From Eledone cirrhosa (lineage: Eukaryota), in assembly GCA_964016885.1 (NCBI GenBank), contig OZ024750.1, forward strand, positions 27,590,001 through 27,654,000: a stretch of DNA of 64,000 nt, in the 5' to 3' direction. Below the pieces are notes generated by a model. The model had not been told where the DNA came from, did no database searches, and saw only the letters and a program-made list of their open reading frames with translations. A program made the position numbers and the translations under genes. This document shows positions 13,350 through 29,345 of this stretch, in pieces. Each line of letters begins with the position of its first letter. Position 1 is the first letter of the stretch.

Positions 13350-14277
13350 TTCTTCTTCTTCTTCTTCTTCTTCTTCTTCTTCTTCTTCTTCTTCTTCTTC
13401 TTCTTCTTCTTCTTCTTCTTCTTCTTCTTCTTTTTCTTCTTCTTCTTCTTCTTCTCCACCATCCTCCACCTCCTACTCCTCCTCCTCCTTCTTCTTCTTC
13501 TTTTTCTCCTCCTCCCCATCCTCCTCCTTCTTCTTCTTCTTCTTCTTCTTCTTCTTCTTCTTCTCCTTCTCCCCATCCTCCTCCTTCTTCTTCTTCTTCT
13601 TCTTTTTTGTCTTCTTCTTCTTCTTCTTCTTCTTCTTCTTCTTCTTCTTCTTCTTCTTCTTCTTCTTCTCCTCCTCCTCCTCCTCCTCCTCCTCTTTCTT
13701 CTTCTTCTCCTCCTCCCCCATCCTCCTCCTTCTCCTTCTTCTTCTTATTTTTATTCTTCTTCTTCTTCTCCTTCTCCCCATCCTCCTCCTCCTTCTTCTT
13801 TTTCTTCTTTTTCCTCTTCTTCTTTTCTTCTTCTTCTTCTTCTTCTTCTTCTTCTTCTTCTTCTTCTTCTTCTTCTTCTTCTTCTTCTTCTTCTTCTTCT
13901 CATTCTTCTTCTTCTTTTTGTCTCCTTCTCCTTCTTCTTTTTCTTTTTCTCCTTCTCCTCCTTCTTCTTCTCCTTCTTCTTCTTCTCCGTCTCCCCATCC
14001 TCCTCCTCCTCCTCCATCTTCTTCTTCTTCTTCTTCTTCTTCTTCTTCTTCTTCTTCTTCTTCTTCTTTGTCTTCTTCTTTTTTTCTTCTTCTTCTTCTT
14101 CCTCTTCTTCTTCTTCTTTTTCTTCTTCTCCTTCTTCTTCTCCTTCTTCTTTTTCTTCTTCCCCTTCTTCTCCTCCTTCTTCTTCTTCTTCTTCTTCTTC
14201 TTCTTCTTCTTCTTCTTCTTCTTCTTCTTCTTCTTCTTCTTCTTCTTCTTCTTCTTCTTCTTCTTCTTCTTTCTTCT
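13350..14277. repeat. Polypyrimidine (CTT)n/(CCT)n array, ~930 bp
   Basis: Direct reading. Confidence 0.97.
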
Positions 14278-14458
14278 ATTGTTTATTGTCTTTTAAGCGG
14301 GAATTACAATGTGTGGAGATGTGCAACAGACGCGTTCTTTCCTTCAACTTGAGATGTGAAATACGTGTGTATGGGTCAACGTCTGTCGTTGAGGGAGTCC
14401 ATCCCTGCAATGTCGATGGACGTGAGAATGAGAGGTCAAAACCTAATTAGAGTTTAAT

Positions 14459-14665
14459 AATCGTTTCTACATTTGGCACAAGGCCAACAATTTTTTTTTT
14501 TGTTGGAGGAGAAAGTTGATTAAATCGACCCCAGTACATTACTGGTGCTTAATTTATCAATCCCGTAAGGATGAAAGGCAAAGCTAACTTTGGCGGCATT
14601 TGAACTCGGTACATAAGTGTCCGACTCGAAGCATGGTGTCCGACGCTCTACCGATACTGTCAATT
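14459..14665 (-). mobile_element. Diverged dominant tRNA-SINE
   Basis: Family similarity. Confidence 0.8.
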
Positions 14666-14808
14666 AATATTCATTTATTATGGCTTGCGTGATGCCAGAG
14701 GTCATGGTCCTGTGTCATCGCCTTTGAGAGGTGCATATATATATATATATATATATATACCCGTCTAACCCATGCTAGCGTGAAAGAACGGACGTAAAAC
14801 AGTGATGA

Positions 14809-14851
<43 letters not shown>

Positions 14852-14864
14852 ATGATTTGAACAC

Positions 14865-14906
<42 letters not shown>

Positions 14907-14945
14907 GTGTGTGTTTATCTCTCTTTATTATATTAAATTATATAC

Positions 14946-14989
<44 letters not shown>

Positions 14990-15964
14990 ATATATATGTA
15001 TATATGTATATATATATATATATATATTCGATTCCTGGACCGGGCGATGCGTTATGTCCTTGAGCAAGACACGTTATTTCATGTTGCTCCGTCTACCTGG
15101 AGTCGCAACCGATAGATAGTATTAGCAATTGGAAAGACAAACGGAAACATTGTTTCCTCGGTCCGATTTGACGAAAGTCGATCGACAAATTTTATTATGG
15201 CTAAGTAATAGCCTTCTTGCGCTGGAGTTTCACATGTGTACTCACAGGATCCATAGACAACAGTTCAACAAAGAGTAATGTCATTTTGACTGAAGCAAGG
15301 TATTCTCTAAGTCTATGTTTTAACAATAGACTAGAAATTCTTCAACAGTTTTGTCTGATGAGCCTGTAAGTGCAAAGGCAGAAAAAAGACTCATCACGTA
15401 GTCACAATAAAGAATGCTATATATATTTGAAAATTCAAATCCAAAACAATTCAGGGCCTTCTTAATCATTTAGTAGGAACCATTCCTTGGTTGACGTTAA
15501 CCACTTACTCTTTGGTTTTGGCCATGTCCTCAAGGGTGTAGCCGAACGCATCATGCTTAGACTATTGCGTTTTGCTGAGGTTATTTATCCCATAGTTTGA
15601 GTGGATGTCCATTGAATCTGAGGAGTTCAACCGCTCTTTTAACATCTCTTGGTTTTTTTTTGGTTTTTTTTTCTTTTCTTTTTGTTGCTGCTGGGGTTCC
15701 ATATACCCTCCTCACAAGATCAGGGACGGTAGAGGAGGCGGATTAGTCACCGAACACCCAACCACGAAGCAATATGTGAAACAATTCCACATATTTTTGT
15801 TTCATTCCGACTTTTTAAGCAAAACAACTACCACTACCACTACTTACAAAAACTACATGATGAGAACTTAATACGGCTGGGTAGAGTGTAGAAATCGATT
15901 TTCTAAGTAGCAAAGTGACAGTGAGGTTTTGTCTTTGAAGTTTCAGTTTGGCCACATCGTCTGG

Positions 15965-16010
15965 CTGCGTCAGATGATGGCCTCACACAGGCCAGAAACC
16001 GGTTGGGGCC
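15965..16010 (+). ncRNA. Hammerhead-like motif with CAGATGA core
   Basis: CAGATGA-TGGCCT-CACAC-AGGCCA-GAAAC-CGGTT, ~35 bp upstream of (TA)n. Confidence 0.5.
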
Positions 16011-16038
16011 GTAGTCGGAATTTTACAACTCTCTCTCT

Positions 16039-16091
<53 letters not shown>

Positions 16092-16335
16092 GCCAACACT
16101 TTGATAACTTTGATAGATTTCGGGTAGTATTAGCCTAGGCCCTGTCTAACTTAATAGCACCAACTGGGAATGCACAGATCAAAGATAACGGAAAAAATAA
16201 CAGAAAAGCAGACAGTCCCATTTCCTTAGTCAACTTCTGGAAATTAGTTATATATATTTATAGAGGAAAGTAAGAACGGGAGAAACATTTTCCGTCATCA
16301 GCTGCTTGCTGGGGTTCTTGGACATTTTAACGCAT

Positions 16336-16464
<129 letters not shown>

Positions 16465-16476
16465 ATACACACACAT

Positions 16477-16508
<32 letters not shown>

Positions 16509-16611
16509 GTATATATGTGGGTGTGTGTGTGTGTGTGTCTGATGGTAGCTAATATGCTTCCATAGGCGATATGCCGGTTGAGCACTCTATGCTCTTACAG
16601 AGCAGAGTAAG

Positions 16612-16650
16612 GGTCTTAACGTTTAGGACGCTAGTCCTTCATCAGAAAAA
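16612..16650 (-). ncRNA. Decayed minimal hammerhead
   Basis: Minus: CTGATGA-A-GGAC-TAGC-GTCC-tAAAC-GTTA; G12 substituted. Confidence 0.5.
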
Positions 16651-16987
16651 AGAATGAGAAATAAAATAGTTTAAGGGGACGGGCGGAGTGGAATTGGAAA
16701 ACATCTCTTTAGATAAAAATAATAGGACCATTCATGTTGACATCTCTTGCAAAGGGTGTGGTAAAATCCAGGTGGAACATAACTCACCACAGTACTCGAT
16801 ACTTGGGGTAGGAGATTGTGTAATATGAAAAACTTCAGGACGCCGGACGGCTGAGCTCCGGCCGTTTCGACAACTAGATCCCAAATAACAGGAGCTTAGC
16901 CGTCGGGGATCCTGAATCTTTTCATATATATATATATATATATATAGGGAAAGTAACGTCTAGTTACAATAGATTTACCAGAGTATA

Positions 16988-17028
<41 letters not shown>

Positions 17029-17141
17029 GAATGAAACAGTTCTAGTCCTGTAGAATCTCATCTATATTAAAACTTTTATACTCTGCAATGTATTGAGTAC
17101 CTTACTTACTATGGTTACCTCCGATTCAACCCGGAATAACG

Positions 17142-17188
<47 letters not shown>

Positions 17189-17469
17189 ATATATAAAAGT
17201 ACGAAGCGTTGTAACCTTATAATCAACAAATGGCATCATCTCCCGCCAAAACAAACCTGTTTTCGTAGCAGTGGTTCTCATGTCATGTTTGTCACAACTT
17301 TTGACTCAGATATTTTTTGCTTTTGCTTTCCTTTTCCTTTTCTTTCTTTCTATTGAATAATACTGTTAAATATATTTGGCATTTCGTTAGACACAATTAA
17401 CTCTCATTGATATGTTATTCATATCATCATCATCATCATCATCATCATATTGCTACTAATTTTAATATT

Positions 17470-17533
<64 letters not shown>

Positions 17534-17601
17534 GTTATGATAATAATAAAAAAAAACACATCGTCATCATTTTATTATTGTAATGTAACCGATTTATCTC
17601 C

Positions 17602-17644
<43 letters not shown>

Positions 17645-18086
17645 TACACATTCCCCCACACACACGTACACAAACTCACACATACACGTACATACACACA
17701 CACACACACACACACATCATCCTTCCTCTCTGTAAATATCTTTTATAAGCGGGAACATTGTTAATTCAGTATTAACTATACGACATATTTACGACCTTGA
17801 AAATATTACATAAGCTAAAGGCGTTCTTTAATGGCCTCCTCTACCCAATGGAAATATACTATCGTAGTTCACTTTGCTGCTTTCATGTTGTTTTTGGCAT
17901 TGTGATGAGTTTTGTTGGTGCTGTTGTTGTTTTTTTTAGGTATTGTTTAAGCGGGAGTTTAAGTTTATATAATTGTGGAACGCGCATGATGTAACATTTA
18001 ATTCGGGATAGGAACTGTGCTTTTCAGTGTATGTGCGTATGTACACCTGCATTTATAACTATACACATATACGCACACTCATGTAA

Positions 18087-18120
<34 letters not shown>

Positions 18121-18142
18121 ACAAACACACACATACACACAT

Positions 18143-18247
<105 letters not shown>

Positions 18248-18257
18248 ATAACTATTT

Positions 18258-18679
<422 letters not shown>

Positions 18680-18680
18680 C

Positions 18681-18766
<86 letters not shown>

Positions 18767-19357
18767 CCAGATGGTGCTATTAAGTTAGACATGACCTGAG
18801 CCAATAATCGCTACTAAAACCTATCAAAGTTATCAAAGTTATGTATATATATTTTTTTCGGAATGTTTTTTTACTGGTGTTTCTTGTATTCGTCTCATTC
18901 TGACGTCACCAGCCCTGTCCTTCCACATGTGCGTTTTATTTTTCATAATCACGCATGATGGTGAACTACCCTGTTTTAAATTCCCTTGTTGGCATATTAA
19001 TCTGTAAGAATTTTGGTTATCGAGTTGAGCTCTGCTGAGGATCGGATTCCAACCGTGACCATCTCCACTGAAAGTTTTCGTGAAATAGTCTTTAAGACTA
19101 TACAGAGCATTTGAAGTTTTTCCAAATTGAAGGATGAGTATTTTAAACTTTATTTTATCATGAGTTAAGTCTCTATTGATTTTTCCCTGGATTTCACTAA
19201 ATTCTGTGGATGAATCTATATCCTGATTCTCTTTGAGATGAGTTTTATTTATTTTTCCCACATCTTACGTTAACTATTTTTCCCATTTTGACGCTATAGT
19301 CACTTATATATTATGGAATACTGTTGGCTTTTTGCTACAATGTTTTCTATACCTTTC

Positions 19358-19406
<49 letters not shown>

Positions 19407-19604
19407 GGCGTCGGAGCCCTACGGCAGAGCTCGTACCGTTTCGACAGCAAATTCTAGACTACTGTCGAAACGGCATAGCTGAGGCTTCGGGTCCCGACTC
19501 TCTACTATATTCCCAATCTACTACCCAAAGTCTCAAGTACTCTGTTGATTAATGGTGTTACCAGTTTAAAATTAATAAAATCCTCATCTCTCTGTCTCTC
19601 TCTT

Positions 19605-19749
<145 letters not shown>

Positions 19750-19932
19750 TTTTCTATATTATATATATATATATATAGTTATATATATATATATATATAG
19801 GAAGGAGTAGGACCCCGACGGCTGAGCTCAAGCCGTTTCGACGGCTAATTCTTATTACCTACTCTACTACACTAAGTATTGAGTACTTTGGTGCGTTATG
19901 GTCTACTTGGTTCCTTATCACATTTCCTTCGT

Positions 19933-19990
<58 letters not shown>

Positions 19991-20294
19991 AACCATAAGA
20001 CCCCGACAGCTGAGCTCAAGCCGTTTCGACGGCTAATTCTGGACTAAAATGAGTTTGCTCTGATCAGAGCAAACAGCACGGACACTCTATCTCAAAATTA
20101 TTTTTGAAAAGCATTTAGAAATGCGCAACCGGTAAAAACTTAAAAACTTAAAACCACAACTGAATACTAACCCATACAATCACTAATACTCTTTTATTCC
20201 TAATTAAACCATTTTTCAACTGTGAACAATTTGTCAGCATTTTCTATTCCGTTTACCAATATATAATAACTTGTGTGTTACACCTCTATTCTTT

Positions 20295-20406
<112 letters not shown>

Positions 20407-20760
20407 ACTTCTGCTGTTTCATTCGTATGAAGTCGTCGGGATATTTCTGATGATTCCTTACGAATGAAACGGTCCAAGTCCAGTAGCAGTCCTCTGTATA
20501 TAAAAATATACATTTCGAGTATCTTATTTAAATGCATTCTTGCAATACACTTGATGTGGTATCAGCAGAAAGTATTGTGAAATATCTACTTAATGTCTGC
20601 TTATCTTAAATATAAACTACTCACCTTTCAAATCTAAAAACTAACCCCCACACATTTCACTTGCTCAAGTAATTTAAGTTGACGTCCATAAGCAACTGAA
20701 AGAGTTACATACCCTTTGCCCAGATGAAGAAAAATAAAACAAGTAAATATTCTCATCAAG

Positions 20761-20911
20761 TAGTTGTTGTTGTTGTTGTTGTTGTTGTTGGTGTTATTGT
20801 TGTAGCTCTTGTTGTTGTTGTTGTTGTTGTTGCTGTTATTGTTGTTGTTGTTGTTGTTGTTGTTGTAGCTCTTGTTGTTGTTGTTGTTATTGTTGTAGCT
20901 CTTGTTGTTGG

Positions 20912-20959
<48 letters not shown>

Positions 20960-21250
20960 AGTTCTTGGTGTTGCTGTTGTTTTTGTTACTGTTGCTGTTG
21001 TTGTTTTTCCTGTTGTTGTTGTTACTGTTGTCTGGGCTGTTTTCCTTGTTGTTTTTTGTTGTTGTCGTCGTGTTGTTGCTCTTGTCGTCGTTGTAGTTGC
21101 TGTTGTTGTTGTTGTTGTTGCTGCCCTTGTCATTGTTGTCGCTGCTTCCCATGTTGTTGTTGTTGTCTTGGTTGCTCTCGTCATGTTCTTGCTCTTGTCG
21201 TTGTTGCTCTTGTTGTTGTTGTTGTTGTTGTTGTTATTGTTGTTGTTGTT
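20761..21250. repeat. Imperfect (GTT)n array
   Basis: Direct reading. Confidence 0.95.
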
Positions 21251-21464
21251 TAACTTCAGTTCCGACTCTATCAAGAAAACATATGATCGAATGACATTCA
21301 ATCTTTCAGACAGAAAAGTGTTTCTGATATTATATTATCCAATATCGCATAGAATATGATTTTAGAGGGTGATTTGACTGTTATTTCTTGCCGCTTGGCC
21401 ATCCATTTAGACGTCTATTCATTGGGAAAGACTTCAAGCATGGAGCAATTATTTTATGCAGTAT

Positions 21465-21712
21465 CCGCATCAAACGAAGTGCAGCGGTATCGACACGAAA
21501 CATGCACCATTCGAATCAAATTAGGTGCAGTTTTGACGACACCAAATCTACACCATCGTCATCAAATTATGTGCAGTTTTAACGACACAAACTCTATACC
21601 ATTGTCATCAAATTAGGTGCAGTTTTAACGACATCAAACCTGCTCTATCGGCACCAAAGTAAGTGCAGATGTAATGACACAAACTTTGCACCTTCGACAC
21701 CAAACCAAATGC
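21465..21712. repeat. Diverged ~46-bp minisatellite, ~5 copies
   Basis: Recurring CATCAAATTAGGTGCAGTTTTAACGAC. Confidence 0.8.
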
Positions 21713-21837
21713 AATTGTAACACCACCATCTATTGCAATACCTGCTTTTCATATTTTCCATATGTAATCATTGCGTATCTTTCCCGTCTTATATATATGC
21801 ATCTACATATACATACATACAAATATATATATACACT

Positions 21838-21868
<31 letters not shown>

Positions 21869-21911
21869 CGAAACGGCCGGAGCTCAGCCGTAGGGGTCCT
21901 CATTCTTTTCC

Positions 21912-21943
<32 letters not shown>

Positions 21944-22911
21944 AAGAAAGAAGAGTAACATGGTTGGCTGTACAATAAGGGCTGTCTTTAAAGTACTGAC
22001 AATTGTTTCGTTGATCAGGTGTGTCTAGAGTTCGCTAATCGCTTGAGGTTGCGTCAATCGATCTCTAATACATTGTTTACCACTTGTCAACGCATCAGAG
22101 TATGTAGATATGAAAATAATTCACTCGAGGCAAGACTTATATAGAAAAAACAGCGTAAAACCAAAACAATAACAACAAAAATATATATATATATATTTGG
22201 CTCCTTCGGTTGAGCACTCTACTGACTTATATTCATCATGCAGAAACAACATCTGAATATTTCTACAAAGAACATACCCGTACCAAGCAGGAAAACATAC
22301 CTCCCGTTCTTTGCCAGAGAACGTTTCCACGAACCAAAGTATCGCCTTCCTGTCTTCCTCCGGTTGCAACGTTTTTTGAAATATCCAGTTCTGCGTTTAC
22401 AGATTGACTTTGTTAGTTTCAGAAGATCCCGTTAAGGGTGAAAGCAGCGATTCTTTGCTTAAACTTTAATCTGTTATTTTAATAAATATATATATTTATA
22501 TATATATATGTAAATAATATGTTAGTGTGTGTGTGTGTGTCCGCCCGTCCGTCCTTGATCTATAAATGCTGTCGAATAAGTGCAGATATAAAATTCCGGC
22601 GCCAATTGTTTTGAATTTTGATATCAGGCGGGTCATGGAATTGGGCGCGCGGGTGATTATGTGTGTGTGTGTGTGAGTGTGAATGTGTCACAAGTATATG
22701 TGTGTGTCTGTGTATGTGAATGTGTGACTGTGTTTATTCGCCTGTTTATGTTTATATGTGCTCTTATGTAGGTGAGTATATATATATATATATATGAGGC
22801 GTTCTTTGATTTCTTTCACATTTAACGGCTCTGTTCTTGTACATTGAGCTAATACAATACTGTCATAATACAACACGGTGCATATGTGTTTATGCACGCA
22901 CACACACACAC

Positions 22912-22942
<31 letters not shown>

Positions 22943-22954
22943 CACACACACACG

Positions 22955-23041
<87 letters not shown>

Positions 23042-23165
23042 AGGGAGAAAAAGATGATTATTAGGAAGATAAATATATTTCTTGTTGATTATCAAATTTT
23101 TTATCATTATTCAAATAAAAGGAAAAAATAATATTTTTCTTCCTAATAATCGTCTTTTTCTCCCT

Positions 23166-23252
<87 letters not shown>

Positions 23253-23343
23253 CTCGAGAGTCTACTTTTTCATGTTGACCCACGCATCATATTAAAATAG
23301 CGGGTCTCACCTTTTGCATATAAAACATAACACCTCCAAATCC

Positions 23344-23379
<36 letters not shown>

Positions 23380-23384
<5 letters not shown>

Positions 23385-23888
23385 TTCGTTTCTGAATTTG
23401 TTTAGCAAGATTCTTTATCTGAAATCGTGTGTTGAAACCGATATTGGGAGGGTCATGTTGCCAATAAGAAACACACCCACCAGTTGCTTTCACTTCAATG
23501 TATTATAATAAATTTATAAATTTAGGAATTTATAAATTTCCGGTTGGTTGGTTGGTTCCACAACTAGATGGTTGTTTATATATTGTCAAAGTTCTTTCGT
23601 CACACATTCTGTGACCTCTTCAGTGACTAGGGATTCTTTTCTTTGTTTTTGTGCCTCTCCTTTGTTCTGTTCTACGCCATCTTGTTTCTTTGTGTGTGAA
23701 GAGGTCACAGAATGTGTGACGAAAGAACTTTAACAATATATAAACAACCATCTGGTTGTGGAACCAACCAACCAACCAACCGGAAATTTATAAATTCCTA
23801 AATTTATAAATTTATTATAATAAATTGAAGTGAAAGCAACTGGTGGGTGTGTTTCTTATTGGCAACATGACCCTCCCAAAGTATAACA

Positions 23889-23892
<4 letters not shown>
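23380..23892. mobile_element. Second copy of the 3540-3851 PLE composite plus an inverted duplicate
   Basis: HHR at 23585-23627 (-); inverted arm 23697-23880 starts at the TGAAGA core. Confidence 0.75.
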
Positions 23893-23921
<29 letters not shown>

Positions 23922-24575
23922 AAAGGTAAACAGAGTTAACAACACAATCGGTATAGTATATGGAAGGTATATATTATATATATATATATATATACATGGA
24001 TTTGGGGATTTGGGGGTATTATGTTGTATATGCAAATGGTGGGACCCGCTATTTTAATATGATGCGTAGGTCAACATGAAAAAGTAGACTCTAGAGTTTT
24101 TTGGGGAAAACGAGCGTTAAGGGGAAGGAACTAAATTATAAATTATAATTCCAGAAAGCTGTGGAATTTTCTGTTAGTCCACATAAGAGAATAATGATAA
24201 CATATTTTATAAACAACAAGAAATGTAAGAATCTAATGGTATTTCGTTTCTGTGGGTGTTGAGTAAAGTAAACAAATTTGATGTGTAATGTAATAGAATC
24301 AAATACCAAACTATTAAATTGGACCAATCGCGAGGTAGTATTTTAACCTTGAGTTTGGATAAACGACCTAAAAAATATGTATTGTTAAAAACACCGTCGT
24401 TTGGTTTACACTGTACGTCTCCTTTACATGTGTACATATGTTTATGCGTGTGTATGTATGTATCTATGTATGCATGTATGTATGTATGTATGTATGTATG
24501 TATGTATGTATGTATGTATGTATGTATGTATGTATGTATGTATGTATGTAGGTATGTATATATGCAATATATTTC

Positions 24576-24612
<37 letters not shown>

Positions 24613-24695
24613 TAATAAATGAACAGAGAACAAAAAACAGAAAAGCAGTACAAATGATATGGTTTTTAGTTTCACGATAGATATATATATCTGTA

Positions 24696-24958
<263 letters not shown>

Positions 24959-24979
24959 ACGTGGATGGAGAGAGATAAA

Positions 24980-25059
<80 letters not shown>

Positions 25060-25130
25060 GTGAGAGAGAGTGAAAGAGAGAGGAGAGAGAGAGGGGGCGT
25101 GGATGGGAGAGAGATAAACGTGTGTGTGAG

Positions 25131-25219
<89 letters not shown>

Positions 25220-25767
25220 AAACGTTCAGATATACACACAAACATGCATACATAATTTATGGCCACTTAGTTTTGAGGTCAAGTACTCGTACGTACACAT
25301 ACATATCAATAGTATATACACCCTCCCATACACACACACAAACACACACACACACATGTGTATATGTGTGTTTTCTTGTATTTGTTTATTTGTATGAGTT
25401 CGCATACAAGTAGGTATTAGTCATTGCATCCTATCCTATATATTTCACCTATCCTATATATTTCACCTGTATGTATAGAAATTTCTACTGTATTTGTAAT
25501 TCTTTGAGTCGCTATGTATGTTCCTACATGTGTTGTGTGTGCATGTATGTTTGTGCGTTTGTGTCGTTGTGCATGTGTGTTTGTGTGTTTGTGTCATTGT
25601 GCATGCTCGTGTTTGTGTGTTTATGTGTCGCCCTTTACAGAGTTGCCATTTTTCTATTCATACGTGTGCATAATTTATATCTACCTCGATTTTCTTTTCA
25701 TTAATTATTTCTACATTTGGCTCAATTTTGTCAGGAAATTCCACATACACTGTGAATTAAAGAATGC

Positions 25768-25889
<122 letters not shown>

Positions 25890-25894
25890 GTATA

Positions 25895-25937
<43 letters not shown>

Positions 25938-25990
25938 GAAGTGTAAGTCAACGGGTTAAGTGTCGTCAAACAACCAACACACACTCAAAG

Positions 25991-26077
<87 letters not shown>

Positions 26078-26258
26078 GTTTGAAATTTGTATGCATAGTT
26101 GCATGGAATATGTCCATAACCTTCTAATATATATTTACATATATATACACCCCCTTTGCATCTCCCCATGCATTGAGTAACTCCATGATTAGTGGTCCTC
26201 GGTCTGAGCAGAGCAGACTCTCTCTCTCTCTCTCTGTATATATATATATATATAAATT

Positions 26259-26390
<132 letters not shown>

Positions 26391-27671
26391 TACACACACA
26401 CAGAGAAGCGGGAACGAAGTACTAATTTAGCACTAGTTGATAATATAGTGCGTGATTATAAACGGCTCTTTTTGTATATACGTACTACTTGATCCATGTA
26501 CTGAAAACCTCAAATTCGAGTTAACATTAATAACGGTTTCTAATTTAGGCACAAGACCAGCAATTTAGAAGGAAGGGGAGGGGGATTCGATTATAAGCGA
26601 CTCTAGTATTTGACTGGTACTTTATTTTTCGAAGTCGAAAGGATAAAATGCAATGTTGACCTGGTTAGGAATTGAACTCAGAAAGTAAAGCGCTGTAACT
26701 AAATACCACTAGGGTTTTGTCCAATGCTTTATCGATCCTAGCAACCCACCGGCCTAAGACACCGATTGCACTATTGATTTGGCCGAATCCTTACACCACA
26801 GAACATCAACCCTCTCAAATTCCCTTCCTTCACTTGTTCCCGCCACAGTTGTTCAGACTAAGCATCATCTACAACAATTTCACCAGTCTAGAAGGATCTT
26901 TCAAGTAACAGACATTGCAAAGCTCTCCTTTGAAAAAAGTGTAGTTTATAAGAATGTTTCACTGAAACATCAGTGACTAAACAGGAACAAAGATGAACAA
27001 ATACTCTCAAACGCCGAGGTCAACTTTGCCTTTCATAATTGTGGGTTAGCTTTATATACCTAGAAGGTGACTGGGATGTCGTGTTAATCAATGACTCTAA
27101 TTGTGTTATTGCGCTGCACACCAGGTCCGGACACGGAAGAGTCGAATTCCCACTGACATCGCTTCAATCTCTCTCGCCCTCCCCATCTCTCTATATTATG
27201 ACCAAATGGGTTCCCACGTGCTGGCTGTCCCACAGCCGCGGCGGACAGAATAGAGGCGTTTCCCCGGAGGATAGTAAGGGAGAAGTCGATAAAATGTACC
27301 AGTCTAGTAGTGAGACCGATTCTTCCTCTATATCTCTTCCTTACATTCTCTCACTCTTTATCTTTCTCTGGAAGAAATCGGACCGGGACAGGGCAAGGGG
27401 CCCCACCAGGTTTTAAAATGCCGTAGAAACACTGGAAGAAATCAGACCTGGGGAGGGCAGGGGCTCCGCCAGGTTTTAAAATGCCGTAGAAACGATGTTT
27501 GTTAATACAATGCACTTCGGATTTGCGGAGGTGTTACGGCAAAATGGGTATATTTTAGAATAAATCATTTTTAATTTCCGTTCTGTTTCGTTTCCTTGTC
27601 TTGTCCTTTCCTGTATAATTTTCTTAAATATAAATAAATACATACATAGATACAAGCATACATACATACAT

Positions 27672-27703
<32 letters not shown>

Positions 27704-27852
27704 TTATTAAAATAACAGATTAAAGTTTAAGCGAAGAATCGCTGCTTTCAGCCTTAACGAGATCTGTTATTTTAATAAATATTTGCTCTAGGGTTCTTAT
27801 ATATTTGATATATATTTATCTTTATCGAGCTCTCTTCAAATTTATTATTATT

Positions 27853-27923
<71 letters not shown>

Positions 27924-28041
27924 GATTTTTATTATTATCTAATCATTAATATAGTTTGTTGTTACGTTCTGCTACCGGAAAATGTAGACGTTGCGATTAA
28001 GGAAATGTCAATGTTTTAACCAATCAGAAGTTCCTCATTAA

Positions 28042-28081
<40 letters not shown>

Positions 28082-28082
28082 A

Positions 28083-28173
<91 letters not shown>

Positions 28174-28191
28174 CACATATACACACACACA

Positions 28192-28222
<31 letters not shown>

Positions 28223-28637
28223 TTATATACATCACACACATACATATATATATATATATATACACATAAAGAGAGGAGACAGAGTGTGAGGGGGAGTGGG
28301 GTGTATTGAGTGATTAAGTAAGAGTGGGAAATGTAAAAATGTACGGATGTGAAAGGGGTGTGTGTGTGAAGTCAGCTCACTGAAGGTCGTGTTCCAAGCG
28401 CGGGAGAGAGAGAGAAAAAATAAACTCTGAGAGGAGGAAAAAGAGGAAAAGGATGAAAAAATAAAAATAAATGTAAAAAAAAAAATGTCACCAAAAGTGA
28501 GTAATTTAGAGAGATAGATAGATAGTGATAATGCTAAAGAGAGGGAGAGAGGGAGAGTGAGAGAGAATGAAAGGGTGGGGCATGAGGATAGAGATAAAGA
28601 GAGGGACAGGGATAGTGTTAAATATATATATATATAC

Positions 28638-28731
<94 letters not shown>

Positions 28732-28779
28732 CTACATATATACATACCTATATATGTGTATATATATATGTATATATAT

Positions 28780-28820
<41 letters not shown>

Positions 28821-28853
28821 AACATATATATATATATATATATATACATATGT

Positions 28854-28898
<45 letters not shown>

Positions 28899-28961
28899 TA
28901 TACATACCTATATATGTGTGTATATATATATATATATATACACATATATATATATACATAG

Positions 28962-28992
<31 letters not shown>

Positions 28993-29005
28993 TATATATA
29001 CATAG

Positions 29006-29036
<31 letters not shown>

Positions 29037-29345
29037 AATATATACACATATATATATATATATGCAGCGATAGTGTTACAGAGAGAGGAGAGAAGGGGGA
29101 GAAATAGAGAGCAAGAGAGAGAGGAAGAAAGATAGAGATAGAGAGAGAGATAATGGTAGAGAGAGAGGGAGATACAATGATAGTGCTTGAAGAAGAGAGA
29201 GAGAGTGAGATACAGGGATAGTGTTAGTGTGTAAGAGAGGGAGAGAGAGAGGTTATTAGTGTAAGAGAGAGGGAGAGAGAGAGAAGGAGTGTGAAGATAT
29301 AGGCCATTAGCTGAGAAGTTTTTCCCGCTCTTTTTATTTTTATGG

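Noticed and set aside
13253-14450. Long Leu/Phe/Ser ORFs
   Set aside because: Translation of (CTT)n.
15355-15386. Hammerhead CTGATGA-GCCT..AGGC-AGAAA
   Set aside because: Extra base before GAAA, no stem III/UH, and not at a microsatellite-associated end.
26792-26960. Minus-strand coding exon (TTTCAG...GTAAG)
   Set aside because: Stops in all three frames; cannot be supported beyond generic splice motifs.
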